A DNA stretch of 62,991 nt, counting the filler, from Licmophora abbreviata (taxonomy: Eukaryota), in assembly GCA_900291995.1 (NCBI GenBank). It is 17 parts of 17 records of this genome, joined end to end, with 100 filler letters (N's around TTAATTAATTAA, not from the genome) between each part and the next. Parts side by side here need not be neighbours in the genome. Positions count along the whole stretch, not along the records: positions 1 to 4,064 come from OLMU01001045.1; positions 4,165 to 7,339 come from OLMU01001046.1; positions 7,440 to 9,583 come from OLMU01001048.1; 14 more parts are not named here. The stretch is one strand, 5' to 3'. The notes beneath the pieces were generated by a model that was given only the letters and a program-made list of their open reading frames with translations, searched no databases and was not told where the DNA came from. Numbering within the stretch: position 1 is the stretch's first letter; the number at the start of each line of letters is the position of its first letter. Below are positions 1-9,009 of the stretch, piece after piece. The translations under genes were made by a program, and so were the position numbers.

Positions 1-1027
1 GTTCGGGCAGGACATACGTTTCCGGCAGACCCATCAGCAGCGCGGCTTCGCGCGTGGATAGAAGGCGCGACCGCACCTTGTTGCCATCGACCACCATGAT
101 CGTCTGGCGGCTCGAGCCGCCAGCGGGCGTGCGCAGGCATCCCGCGATCTGATCGAACCGCACCTCTGCACGTTGCCGCTTCACGCCATCCACGTCAGCG
201 CGTGTGCGCCTGTAGATCGTTCCGACAACGCGCTCCTCGCACTCCTTTGCCGCTTCGACCTTCTTGCGATTGTGATCGGTCATAAGGTCGAGCAGGTATT
301 TCGTCTCGGCCTTCGTATGCCATTTCACACCCGTCGGGTTGTCCTCGATCAGAGATGCGAGGTTCGTGTTGCGTGCGGGTGGTGTGGGCAGATTCCACCA
401 GCGCCATCGTGACGCAGCGGCCTGCGACAGCAGGTTGCAACCCTCGATGAGCGCGGGCGGGTGCCACATAGCGCTTGGTCCATCCGCAACGTGCGCATCC
501 GGTATCACCTGATCAGGGCGCACGCCGATCATGAAGAAGCGTGGGCGCGATTGGGGTAGAAAGTGTACCGCATCGACGACTACCGCGCCAAACCGATACC
601 CGAGGCCAGAAAACGCAGCGGCGAGCGTCGCGAAGTCTCGGCCGCCGTTGCTTGTGATCGCGCCATAGACGTTCTCAAGCGCTATGATCTTGGGGCCGCG
701 CCCGTCCTTGTGCAGTGCGCGCATCAGCTTCCAGAACGGTTTGAACATGCCCGAACGCTTGCCCGCTAGGCCCGCCCCGTTGCCAGCGAGTGAAAGATCC
801 TGACAAGGGAAGGACGCCCAAACCAAATCAGGTGAACCGGGCAAATCTTCTAATGTGACCTTAGCGACATCCCTCAAAAGCAATTCTTCGCCGCCGTCGT
901 GGTTGACCCGATAGCTGGTAGCTTTCTTGGCGTCTATGTCGTTTGCGAAAAGGCAGCGCCAGCCGGAGCCAAGACCATATCCAGCCATGCCGCCGCCAGC
1001 AAAAAAATCGTAGTAAGTGTGACGCAT
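1..1027 (-). CDS. DNA (cytosine-5)-methyltransferase, 3' end runs off the window
   Basis: Manual translation from ATG 1027: MRHTYYDFFAGGG (motif I), WASFPCQDLS (motif IV, catalytic PC), ALENV (motif VI), PQSRPRFF (motif VIII), RLLSTREAALLMGLP (motif IX). Absent from the ORF track because there is no stop inside the window. Confidence 0.95.
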   Translation of the reverse strand, partial: MRHTYYDFFAGGGMAGYGLGSGWRCLFANDIDAKKATSYRVNHDGGEELLLRDVAKVTLEDLPGSPDLVWASFPCQDLSLAGNGAGLAGKRSGMFKPFWKLMRALHKDGRGPKIIALENVYGAITSNGGRDFATLAAAFSGLGYRFGAVVVDAVHFLPQSRPRFFMIGVRPDQVIPDAHVADGPSAMWHPPALIEGCNLLSQAAASRWRWWNLPTPPARNTNLASLIEDNPTGVKWHTKAETKYLLDLMTDHNRKKVEAAKECEERVVGTIYRRTRADVDGVKRQRAEVRFDQIAGCLRTPAGGSSRQTIMVVDGNKVRSRLLSTREAALLMGLPETYVLPE

Positions 1028-1223
1028 GGTAACCTCAGCCCAACATCTTGTGCTTTTGTAGCATGACCGTAGAACGGTTAACAACGTATTTGCCTAGTCG
1101 ATCAAAGGCGCGAAAGGCCACCAACATTCCGCGGTCTGGGACACTTGAATGACCCGCTACTGTTAAACTAGGCTCGTAGCGACTGCCATTCTCGTCGGCT
1201 GGCTCCGACGACCGAAATTCTAT

Positions 1224-2075
1224 GTGAAAGATGAAATGTCCCGCGAAGAGTCTTTGCCCTGCAGGCACAGAGGTGCACCGCCTGAAGAAATTGTTCAGCT
1301 GGTGGTCGACCTAATCCAGGGCATCTCGAATGATGAAGATTACCTATACCGTAGGGGGCTGACCAAGACTGACTATGAACTGGCATTGCCGACGGCGGTA
1401 GAAAGACTTAGGGGCAGCACGGCTGCGAAATCAGCAGACCGACGGAATTATCTTTTGGCCATAATTAGGCATCTAGAAAGAACAGGTTTAATAAGTTCAT
1501 TTGAAAAACCTGAATATGGTAAAGATACAGTTTATCGCCTGGATACCAGAGAGGCCGGCAAAATAGCCATTATTCAGAAAGGGTGCCCGGACGGAGCTCA
1601 CAGTAGTACTGCTTGGGCAGTACCGGAATGGGCCAATGAAACATATCTTTGGTGGGTATGTCCGAGCTTAAGGTCAGAGCCGGGTGAGCACGTGGCGAAA
1701 GGTGTAAATCGTCTAAAGAAGAAGTTCTTTTCAGAAGATTCAAAAACACTTAGTGGATTGATCTTTCAGAGCGAACTTTGCGGCACCGACCTGCGCCCGT
1801 GTCCAAAATCAAGCCACTCCATAAGTATTGATGGCTCTCTTGTGCCGCCACCGTGCATTTGGGTTTTGCCAGATAGATCTCCTGAAGGCGTACACAATTG
1901 GGAAGGCGCGATCGAGCGGCAGTTTCCAAGATTACTTCTTAGAGCATTTGGTATCGACGATGAGCGCAGTAATGTGTTCGTGGGGCATATAGGTTTCGTG
2001 GAAAAAGGAGCAAAGAGCCGGTTTAAGATTGTTTCTCGTTATGGAGAAGCACGAACAACCAGCTATCGCGGATAA
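1224..2075 (+). CDS. Hypothetical protein, possible divergent restriction-endonuclease-like partner of the MTase
   Basis: 283-aa ORF divergent from the MTase; AIIQKGCPDG segment and Cys-rich LCGTDLRPCPK..PPPC; first gene of a tightly packed operon. Function is inferred. Confidence 0.55.
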   Translation: MKDEMSREESLPCRHRGAPPEEIVQLVVDLIQGISNDEDYLYRRGLTKTDYELALPTAVERLRGSTAAKSADRRNYLLAIIRHLERTGLISSFEKPEYGKDTVYRLDTREAGKIAIIQKGCPDGAHSSTAWAVPEWANETYLWWVCPSLRSEPGEHVAKGVNRLKKKFFSEDSKTLSGLIFQSELCGTDLRPCPKSSHSISIDGSLVPPPCIWVLPDRSPEGVHNWEGAIERQFPRLLLRAFGIDDERSNVFVGHIGFVEKGAKSRFKIVSRYGEARTTSYRG

Positions 2076-2076
2076 C

Positions 2077-3396
2077 ATGAACAATCCAGTTATCGATCAG
2101 GACCGCTATCAACACCTAAATGCAAAGGTCAGCGCAAGCACGCGGAAGGCTCTCCTTCCAGCGTGGTCGCGGCCTGAAAAAGAGTTGCCGTTGGTCGACT
2201 TAGAAGTTGGTTGGGTGAGGTTTTCGACGCTCAATCACAGAACGAAGGCCGAGCAGATGCGTATGGCGTCGAAGCAAGGTGTCCTTGACTTATTCTCCAG
2301 CGATCCGCTCGGCGATCACGCACAAGAACTACAATACGACATTCTTAGGGGCCAACATGGGTTCGAAGACCTGAAGGCGGATCTCCGAGAGCGGGGACAG
2401 CAGGAGCCCGCGATCGTCACCTGCGAGGGTGTTCTGATTAATGGAAACCGCAGATCTGCTGCCTTGCGCACACTGTACCTAGAGGAACAACATTCTCCCT
2501 CGCGATATGTGCGATGCTTGGTCTTGCCGCATGATGCCACGACTGACGAGATCGTTGATCTCGAAACCGAGTTGCAAATCGCAAGGGATTTTCGAGAAGA
2601 GTACTCTTGGGTAAACGAAGCGCTCTTGATCGAAGAGATTTTTAACCGCGAGGACCAAAACTGGGAGCGCGTAGCGTCACGAATGCATATGGAGGTCCCC
2701 GCAGTTAGGATACAGTTCGAGAAATTGCAGCAACTTCATCAGCTAGTCGCACTTTCAGGGGGAGCAAAATTCCATGCTGACTTTTCTGAGAACCAGTCAG
2801 CCTTTGAGGAGCTAGCGAAACACATAAGGGGTAAACCTGCGGCAGAAGCAAATTCCGTACGGGAAGCCTACTTCTTGGGAACCCTAGCCGGCGTCGAATA
2901 CAGGACACTACGTCATTTGCGTCGAGACGATGCGGCAACACTTATTCGAAAAGAACTTGAGCATGATCCAAGCATAGCCGCGCTTATTTCAGATTTCCAA
3001 GTTGAACAAAAGGAAAGTGATGGCGACCTTCTGGATGATGTCTTGGGTGAACCGGACGAGGTCAATGGGAACCTTTCCGGAATTCTTTCCTTTTTCGCCA
3101 CGAAGGGGCGAGACGACGTAGTCGATCTTCCAACCGGAAGATCTGTCGCAGTTGATGATCTAATGGGATCAGTCAATGCAGCAGTCAATGCGGCGGCGCA
3201 GGAAGCAAACGAGGAAGACCGCGACAATAAGAACCTGAATGCGCCCATAAATCGAATCTCTTCGGCCATAGAAAACCTTCGGCGAGCTGGCGCAGCACTA
3301 GAGAAAGCGCGTGCTATACCTGATTGGAACGAGAATGAATTCGAGAAAAAAATTGAGGAACTTGAAGCTGAGGTCGCAAGTTTGAAGTCCCTCTAA
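2077..3396 (+). CDS. ParB/Srx N-terminal domain protein with long helical, acidic C-terminus
   Basis: LKADLRERGQQEPAIVTCEGVLINGNRRSAAL fits the ParB/Srx GxxRxxA nucleotide-binding motif. ATG 2077 lies just after the upstream stop (2075). Confidence 0.8.
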   Translation: MNNPVIDQDRYQHLNAKVSASTRKALLPAWSRPEKELPLVDLEVGWVRFSTLNHRTKAEQMRMASKQGVLDLFSSDPLGDHAQELQYDILRGQHGFEDLKADLRERGQQEPAIVTCEGVLINGNRRSAALRTLYLEEQHSPSRYVRCLVLPHDATTDEIVDLETELQIARDFREEYSWVNEALLIEEIFNREDQNWERVASRMHMEVPAVRIQFEKLQQLHQLVALSGGAKFHADFSENQSAFEELAKHIRGKPAAEANSVREAYFLGTLAGVEYRTLRHLRRDDAATLIRKELEHDPSIAALISDFQVEQKESDGDLLDDVLGEPDEVNGNLSGILSFFATKGRDDVVDLPTGRSVAVDDLMGSVNAAVNAAAQEANEEDRDNKNLNAPINRISSAIENLRRAGAALEKARAIPDWNENEFEKKIEELEAEVASLKSL

Positions 3397-5336
3397 TGAT
3401 TACGCTTGAAATCTACCAGCAAGATCGTCCCAGGGTCGTTATTGAAAGAGGTGCCGACACAAACCCGGGCGCATGGGCGAGGTTGCAGGAAGCGCTTGCC
3501 AGGGGTGTTCTCTCGGGTTCCGACAAACGCTCTGTTGTTCACCCTGATGTGCTGTTTTCCGAACTAAACACGCTCAGAGAAGTTCGAAGCACATTTGCGG
3601 AAAAGATTCAGTTTGGGCCCAACCTCCAAGCACAGCTGAAATCAATAGCTGCCGATCGGAAGTCATTGAGTGATTTTCTTGAGGACTCCGAAAAAGGTGA
3701 TTCAGAGATGGTCGATTTAACGGCCGAGTTGAGTGCTGCTGGATTCAAGAGGACACTCAAAGAATTCCAGATGGAGAACTTATCTCAGATTCTTACTTTG
3801 CCTCACGCGGCGGACTTCTCTGTACCGGGTGCAGGGAAGACTACAGTCGCGCTGGCCGCGTATTCGCTGCTTCGGGCGCGTGGCGAGGTCGAGCAGCTCC
3901 TTGTGATTGCGCCGCTTGCAGCGTTCGGTGCATGGCAGGACGACTCCGTTGAGTGCTTTTCCGTCGCGCCGAAGATTGTAACTTATGGCGGAGCAAATAC
4001 AGCCATTCCGAGCGATACAGAGATCTTGCTGGTGAACTATAATAGAGTGGCTAGCGACTATGATNNNNNNNNNNNNNNNNNNNNNNNNNNNNNNNNNNNN
4101 NNNNNNNNTTAATTAATTAANNNNNNNNNNNNNNNNNNNNNNNNNNNNNNNNNNNNNNNNNNNNCGCATCGAATCAAACGTGGTGGGTCAGGCGTCTACG
4201 GTCGTGCGGTTCTAGACTTGGCATATCTTGCGAGAAGGCGTGATGTTTTGACAGGTACGCCTGCACCGCAAGGTGCGTCAGACGTCGTTGCGCTGGTTCA
4301 GTTTATGTATCCAGGGCAGGATAGAAGAATTCTGCCAGATTCGACCTACAATGAGCGAGAAGGCCGGGATCCAAGCGTTCTGGCGGAAACTCAGTCTGCA
4401 CTAGCTCGATTTTTTGTCCGAACCGCCAAGAGCCGTCTTGAGCTTCCACCAACGTCGTTCAATGTTGTCCAACGTCCTATGGGCCAGATCCAATCAGCCG
4501 TATACGACGCGTTGGTTGGACGCTACCGTTCTGCATTCATGTTGGACCGGAGCGGGCGTCACAACATGCAGCGGCTTGGCCGGATTGTCATGTATCTCTT
4601 GGAGGCTGCCACGAATCCGATGCTGCTCACAGCAGGATCCGACGAGGCAGACGATCCGAGCTTTGTCCACCCACCGTTAGACGTAAGTGGGGACGAACCG
4701 CTGCAGGAACTCCTTCAGGAATACAGCTCCTTTGAAACACCTTGGAAGTATGAAGAAGTTCAGAAGATCGTCTCACGTGAGGCAGCATCTGGTCAGAAAG
4801 TTCTGATCTGGTCGAGCTTTGTAAGGAACCTGAAATACCTGAAGATACTGCTTTCCGAGTTCAATCCGGCCATGGTGCACGGAGGCGTTCCGTCCGCTGC
4901 AGGCGCTGGTTTGGGCGTTCTTACAAGAGAGGAAGAATTCAACAGGTTTCGCCATGACAGCGATTGCTGTGTTCTGTTGGCAAATCCTGCTGCTTGTGGC
5001 GAGGGTGTAAGCCTTCACCATTGGTGTCATCACGCGGTCTATTTGGACCGCAGTTTCAACGCCGGTCATTTCTTGCAGAGCCAAGACCGCATCCATCGCT
5101 TGGGGCTCAACGAGGGCACACAGACATCGTTTACCCTTTTGATCAGTGAGGGGACAATCGATGAGTCCGTGGATGCTAGGCTTAGGGAAAAAGTAGAGGC
5201 GCTGGCCACCTTGATGAACGATCCAGGTCTGGTTTCCGTCGCACTTCCTGCAGCCGACGTTGGAGAAGATGGGCAGCCGGCCTTTGAAGACGATTTGTCT
5301 GCAATCGTCTCACATCTAGAAACACAGAATGACTAG
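3396..5336 (+). CDS. SNF2-family (SF2) helicase/translocase, split by an assembly gap
   Basis: Walker A SVPGAGKT, motif Ia LVIAPL; HRIKR right after the gap (DExH falls at the gap); motif III LTGTP; C-terminal ACGEGVSL and QSQDRIHRLG. TAATG overlap with the upstream gene. Confidence 0.9.
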
Positions 5337-6216
5337 CGTTCCTAGCAAAGGATTTTGTCATGCGGTGTTCCTCCTATTGCATGCAGCAAGGCTCAATGAG
5401 CTGAACAATACTGCAGATTGGATACAAGCTGCTCGAACCCGGCAAACAATTATGGCTTCCGCGCTCAATTTGGATGTCGTTGCCCAAAATCTGATCGAAG
5501 TTGCGCTTGTCAGCTCTAGGCCGCAGATTGAATTTTCTGAGGATTGGACCCAGGTCGGAACCAAAGCCGACTACGATGTATTTCTTCAAATCGCCACAAT
5601 TATACTTATGCGCCGCCCGCCATTATGGATTTCATCTTGTTTCGTACGAGGCGCTTTTCATCCAGAGTTTATCCCTACGGGTGATTTCGATGCCCTGCAT
5701 TGGATGGGAGATGACTTGGAGCCTGTCCTAAGAGAAGTTCATTACCAAAATCGCAAGGACAAAGATGACTTGATGAAAAAGGAGCTCGGGCTTCTTGGAG
5801 AACTCTTTGTTGTGGAACTACTTTCGAAAACTGGGCACGCGGTTAGACATGTCTCTCAAATTTCCGACAGCTATGGATACGACATTGAAAGCGAGAAGTC
5901 AGGGAAGAAAAAGTATTGGGAGGTGAAATCTTGCACCGATTTCACAAAAGATCGATTTTTCGTATCGCGAAATGAAGTCCGAAAGGCGAAAGCGCTTGGC
6001 CCATCTTGGTGTGTACTTCAGGTAGTATTTCGCAACGGAATAAGCCCTTTGGCAAAGGCGTCCGGGTCTGATGTAGTGGAGCTTCGTGAGCTACCTTCCA
6101 ATGAATTAGTGAGTATTTGTCCAAGCGAATCAGAACAATTTGACTGGATAGAGTCAGCGGTTGTTCGACCTGCATTGAGCTCTTGGGTGGCACCATCTGT
6201 TTCCCCGAAGTTCTGA
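5329..6216 (+). CDS. DUF3883 (NOV C-terminal, PD-(D/E)xK) nuclease domain protein
   Basis: GLLGELFV...HVSQISDSYGYDI...WEVKS...FFVSRNE is the DUF3883 pattern; start overlaps the helicase end by 8 bp. Confidence 0.85.
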   Translation: MTSVPSKGFCHAVFLLLHAARLNELNNTADWIQAARTRQTIMASALNLDVVAQNLIEVALVSSRPQIEFSEDWTQVGTKADYDVFLQIATIILMRRPPLWISSCFVRGAFHPEFIPTGDFDALHWMGDDLEPVLREVHYQNRKDKDDLMKKELGLLGELFVVELLSKTGHAVRHVSQISDSYGYDIESEKSGKKKYWEVKSCTDFTKDRFFVSRNEVRKAKALGPSWCVLQVVFRNGISPLAKASGSDVVELRELPSNELVSICPSESEQFDWIESAVVRPALSSWVAPSVSPKF

Positions 6217-6547
6217 AAGCAGTTGATCACTCAAAAAGAGAAAAATAGTCCCGACCGGGATCACCTCTTCATTGCATCGCGATCCAGAATTACTCGTGAA
6301 GCCGGGAATCGGCTGGAACGCCGACCCAGCGCCATTTGAGCTTTGCTTTGGATCTTGAAGTATTCTCGAAAAAACCCGTGTCCCCGCTGCTCCTGCGCGT
6401 AATGTATTGACTTGAAACATGCTTTTCTCTTGACCAGATCATGATTGATGATCTCGGGTGGAAACTATGTCATCATTGTTGACGTTTTTGCCGGAGGACG
6501 GAGAGACGCGAGGGGTGTGGGTCGCCTTTCCCCTGCTTCCGCAAACA

Positions 6548-6810
6548 TTCCCGGGATTGCCCGGGATTGAAACCGAATCCCGGTCTTCTAACCCATTGAG
6601 CGAACGCCCAATTCCGGGATTGACCTGCTTGACGGGATTGAATGTTACTTTTCCCTGCTGTCCCGGTCTGCATCAGACCACGCCTCTCGCCTCTGATCGC
6701 CACGATCTGCCCCGTCAATCCCGGCAAGCCCGGAATTGCATTGCCAATCAAGCGCATAGAAAACCCCGCCACGGACAGTGGCAGGGCAAAACCCGGGAAC
6801 ATCCCGGGAA
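6548..6810. repeat. Iteron-like CCGGGATTG direct and inverted repeat cluster, putative element origin
   Basis: (C)CGGGATTG at 6551, 6561, 6614 and 6633; inverted CAATCCCGG at 6716; CCCGGGAA at 6792 and 6803; directly downstream of the replication gene. Confidence 0.65.
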
Positions 6811-6811
6811 A

Positions 6812-7339
6812 TCAGAACGGGATGTCTTCTTTCTCGACCTTGCCGCGTTCGAGAACGTACCGCTCAAGCGCGTCTGCATTGCCGCCATTCGGATCGACCT
6901 CGACATGCTCGGCCGTGTCAGGTTCATAGGCTACCCACGCATCCGGCCCGTCATATGCCTGCCCCGTGATACTCGACACCATCGCCCGCAACTCGGGCAA
7001 AGGCGGCATCCGCAACCCGTCATAGTCCGTGCGCTTCGTGATGACCGGCGTGATGACGCCATTGCTATCCGCCCGCATGTCCACGCGCTTGATCTTCACG
7101 CAGCCCGTGGCAGAGGTCGCACCGAAGCGATGCCGCAGGTCGTTGGCGAGTGACTGAGGCGATGACCACTTGCCGCCGCGCTCTTTGACCCGCTCGAACA
7201 TCGCGCCCGAGGCAACACGGCCATCCCCGCGCAGGTCGTCGGGGCAGGCACCCGTCGTGACCATGTGGATCAGCACCTGCAACAGCGGGTCGGACGATAC
7301 CTTGTCCTCCGCCTTCGCCTCCGTGAAGTGCGGGAATCC
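6812..7339 (-). CDS. C-terminal part of the element primase/helicase replication protein (after gap)
   Basis: Open frame from the gap to stop 6812, same strand as and downstream of the primase; ends KEDIPF. Continuity across the gap is inferred. Confidence 0.55.
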   Translation of the reverse strand, partial: GFPHFTEAKAEDKVSSDPLLQVLIHMVTTGACPDDLRGDGRVASGAMFERVKERGGKWSSPQSLANDLRHRFGATSATGCVKIKRVDMRADSNGVITPVITKRTDYDGLRMPPLPELRAMVSSITGQAYDGPDAWVAYEPDTAEHVEVDPNGGNADALERYVLERGKVEKEDIPF

Positions 7340-7439
7340 NNNNNNNNNNNNNNNNNNNNNNNNNNNNNNNNNNNNNNNNNNNNTTAATTAATTAANNNNN
7401 NNNNNNNNNNNNNNNNNNNNNNNNNNNNNNNNNNNNNNN

Positions 7440-8471
7440 TTCGACTTTGCCCTCGACGTTCATCAGCGCCCATTCGTCGTTGAACGCGTCGAGGTCGTTG
7501 TCGGACACCTTCTTTTTCTTCCCCGGCCACGGCCCGCGATACCCGTGCCGCGTCGCGATGCGCCAGAACGATAGTGGCGAATATTTCTTCGGCTTGAACC
7601 CGTCCCACTGGTCTTCATCACCTGGCCGGAACTTGTCCGATGTCTTGGTCCATTCGACCCAGCGGTCGCGCGCCCAGCGGTCATCCTTGCCGAATGCGGC
7701 GACGAGGGCGAGGCCAGCAGCGCCCCACTTCGCATAGTCGTCCGCGGGATAATTCTTGATGAAGCAGTCGAATGCGGCGTCCTTGTCCCCGCCTTCGATG
7801 TTCTGTGGCTCGACGACGTGTTCCGCGACCGGCACGAACTCGAAGGTCAGGTCGTCGAGGGAGCATTCTTCCAGCGTCTCGACCGAACCGTTGCGGACGC
7901 GGCGCATGGGCACAGATTTGCGCCCGCACGGGATCGCCACGTTCTGATGCTCGTCGCCCTTGGGCAGCACCTCGACGCCATGCTCGATATGGGACAGCTT
8001 GCCCCGAGCATCGAGTTTCTTCTTGTTGAGCGCGCCCGAGGCGACCGGGATGAACTTCTCATGGTCGCTATCGACGGAGGCAAGAACGTCTTTGGCGAGG
8101 CCCCACAGCGATTTCTGCGTGTGCGCTTCCTCGAAGAACATCCAGATGTGGAAACCATACCCGCCGCCGGAGCGGAAGATCAGGTGCGGGATGCCGTGTC
8201 CATCTAGAGCGGTGGCGACGGCCATCGTCGGCCCGAACGCGATGCCTTCTTTGCTATGGTCGTCGAAGTCAAGGACGAGGCAATGCGACTTGCCCTCGGT
8301 CGTCAGATACATACCGCGCGCCGTTCCGCCCTTGAGGTGCGCTGCGATGTCCTCGGGAGCCAAAGCCCGCGCGACTTTGCGGTATTTGAACTTGCCATCC
8401 TTACGGTCAAGCCATCCTTCAGTGTGCGCCTCTTGGTTCCCGAGCGCGATGATCTTTTCGATGATTTCCAT
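7440..8471 (-). CDS. Archaeo-eukaryotic primase (TOTE-primase-like) with PriCT-2 domain, truncated by gap
   Basis: AHLKG..GMY...CLVLDFDDH and FRSGGGYGFHIWMFF (AEP DxD and SxxxxxH motifs); DYAKW..AGLAL...WVEWT..SDKF (PriCT-2). GGAGAG RBS before ATG 8471. Confidence 0.8.
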
Positions 8472-8620
8472 TCTTCTCTCCATAGTCGGAGAGCGACGGA
8501 TGGGCTCCTTACATTCCGGTTGGGCGCATACAGGCGGGCGACTATGATGATGTCGCAATCGCTTGTGGTAGGGCGTTGTTTCCAGTCGGAATGTCGGGGC
8601 GGCCATCAGGTCGCCCCGTT

Positions 8621-8863
8621 TTAGATTTCCGTCTTGCCCTGCACCCAAGCGTCCACGTCGGCGCGGCGATAGCGAACCCAGCGTTCCGTCGGCTGGCAGT
8701 ATCGCGGGCCACCGCCTTCCTTGCGCATCTGGTAGAGGCGTTCGGCGGAACACTTGAGATAGACCGCGCATTCCTGCGTGGTCATCAGTTCAGGCGGGTT
8801 CGCCCGAACAACGATTTCTTTGATTTCGTCGAGTTTCGACTCGAGTGACGAGAGGTCGGTCAT
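8621..8863 (-). CDS. Excisionase/AlpA-like helix-turn-helix protein
   Basis: LMTTQECAVYLKCSAERLYQMR..GGGPRY...VRYRRADVDAWV, typical HTH_17 pattern. Confidence 0.85.
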   Translation of the reverse strand: MTDLSSLESKLDEIKEIVVRANPPELMTTQECAVYLKCSAERLYQMRKEGGGPRYCQPTERWVRYRRADVDAWVQGKTEI

Positions 8864-9009
8864 GAGGCCACCAATGTTGAGTTGGTGCCAGATGACTGCG
8901 CGGCGTTCCCTCTTCGTCGGTCGGGGCGTCGCCCCAGTCGCTACCTTCCGCGCAGCCTCACGCGTCGGAGGCCAATGTTCCCGACGCGAGGAGGCGTGAT
9001 GGGTCTAAT

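Noticed and set aside
4065..4163. Recurring TTAATTAATTAA flanked by N runs throughout the window
   Set aside because: Artificial contig linker with stops in all six frames. Genes continue across it, so it is not a biological repeat, CRISPR array or pseudogene lesion.
1..6216. Assigning the cassette to DISARM, BREX or Zorya
   Set aside because: Core components (DrmA/B/C, PglZ/BrxC, ZorA/B) are absent from the visible region; the motB at 11.8 kb is flagellar by context, not ZorB.
6230..6547. Possible cos/pac packaging site or small ORF between the defence operon and the iterons
   Set aside because: Only a vague resemblance, no terminase gene visible and no convincing reading frame.
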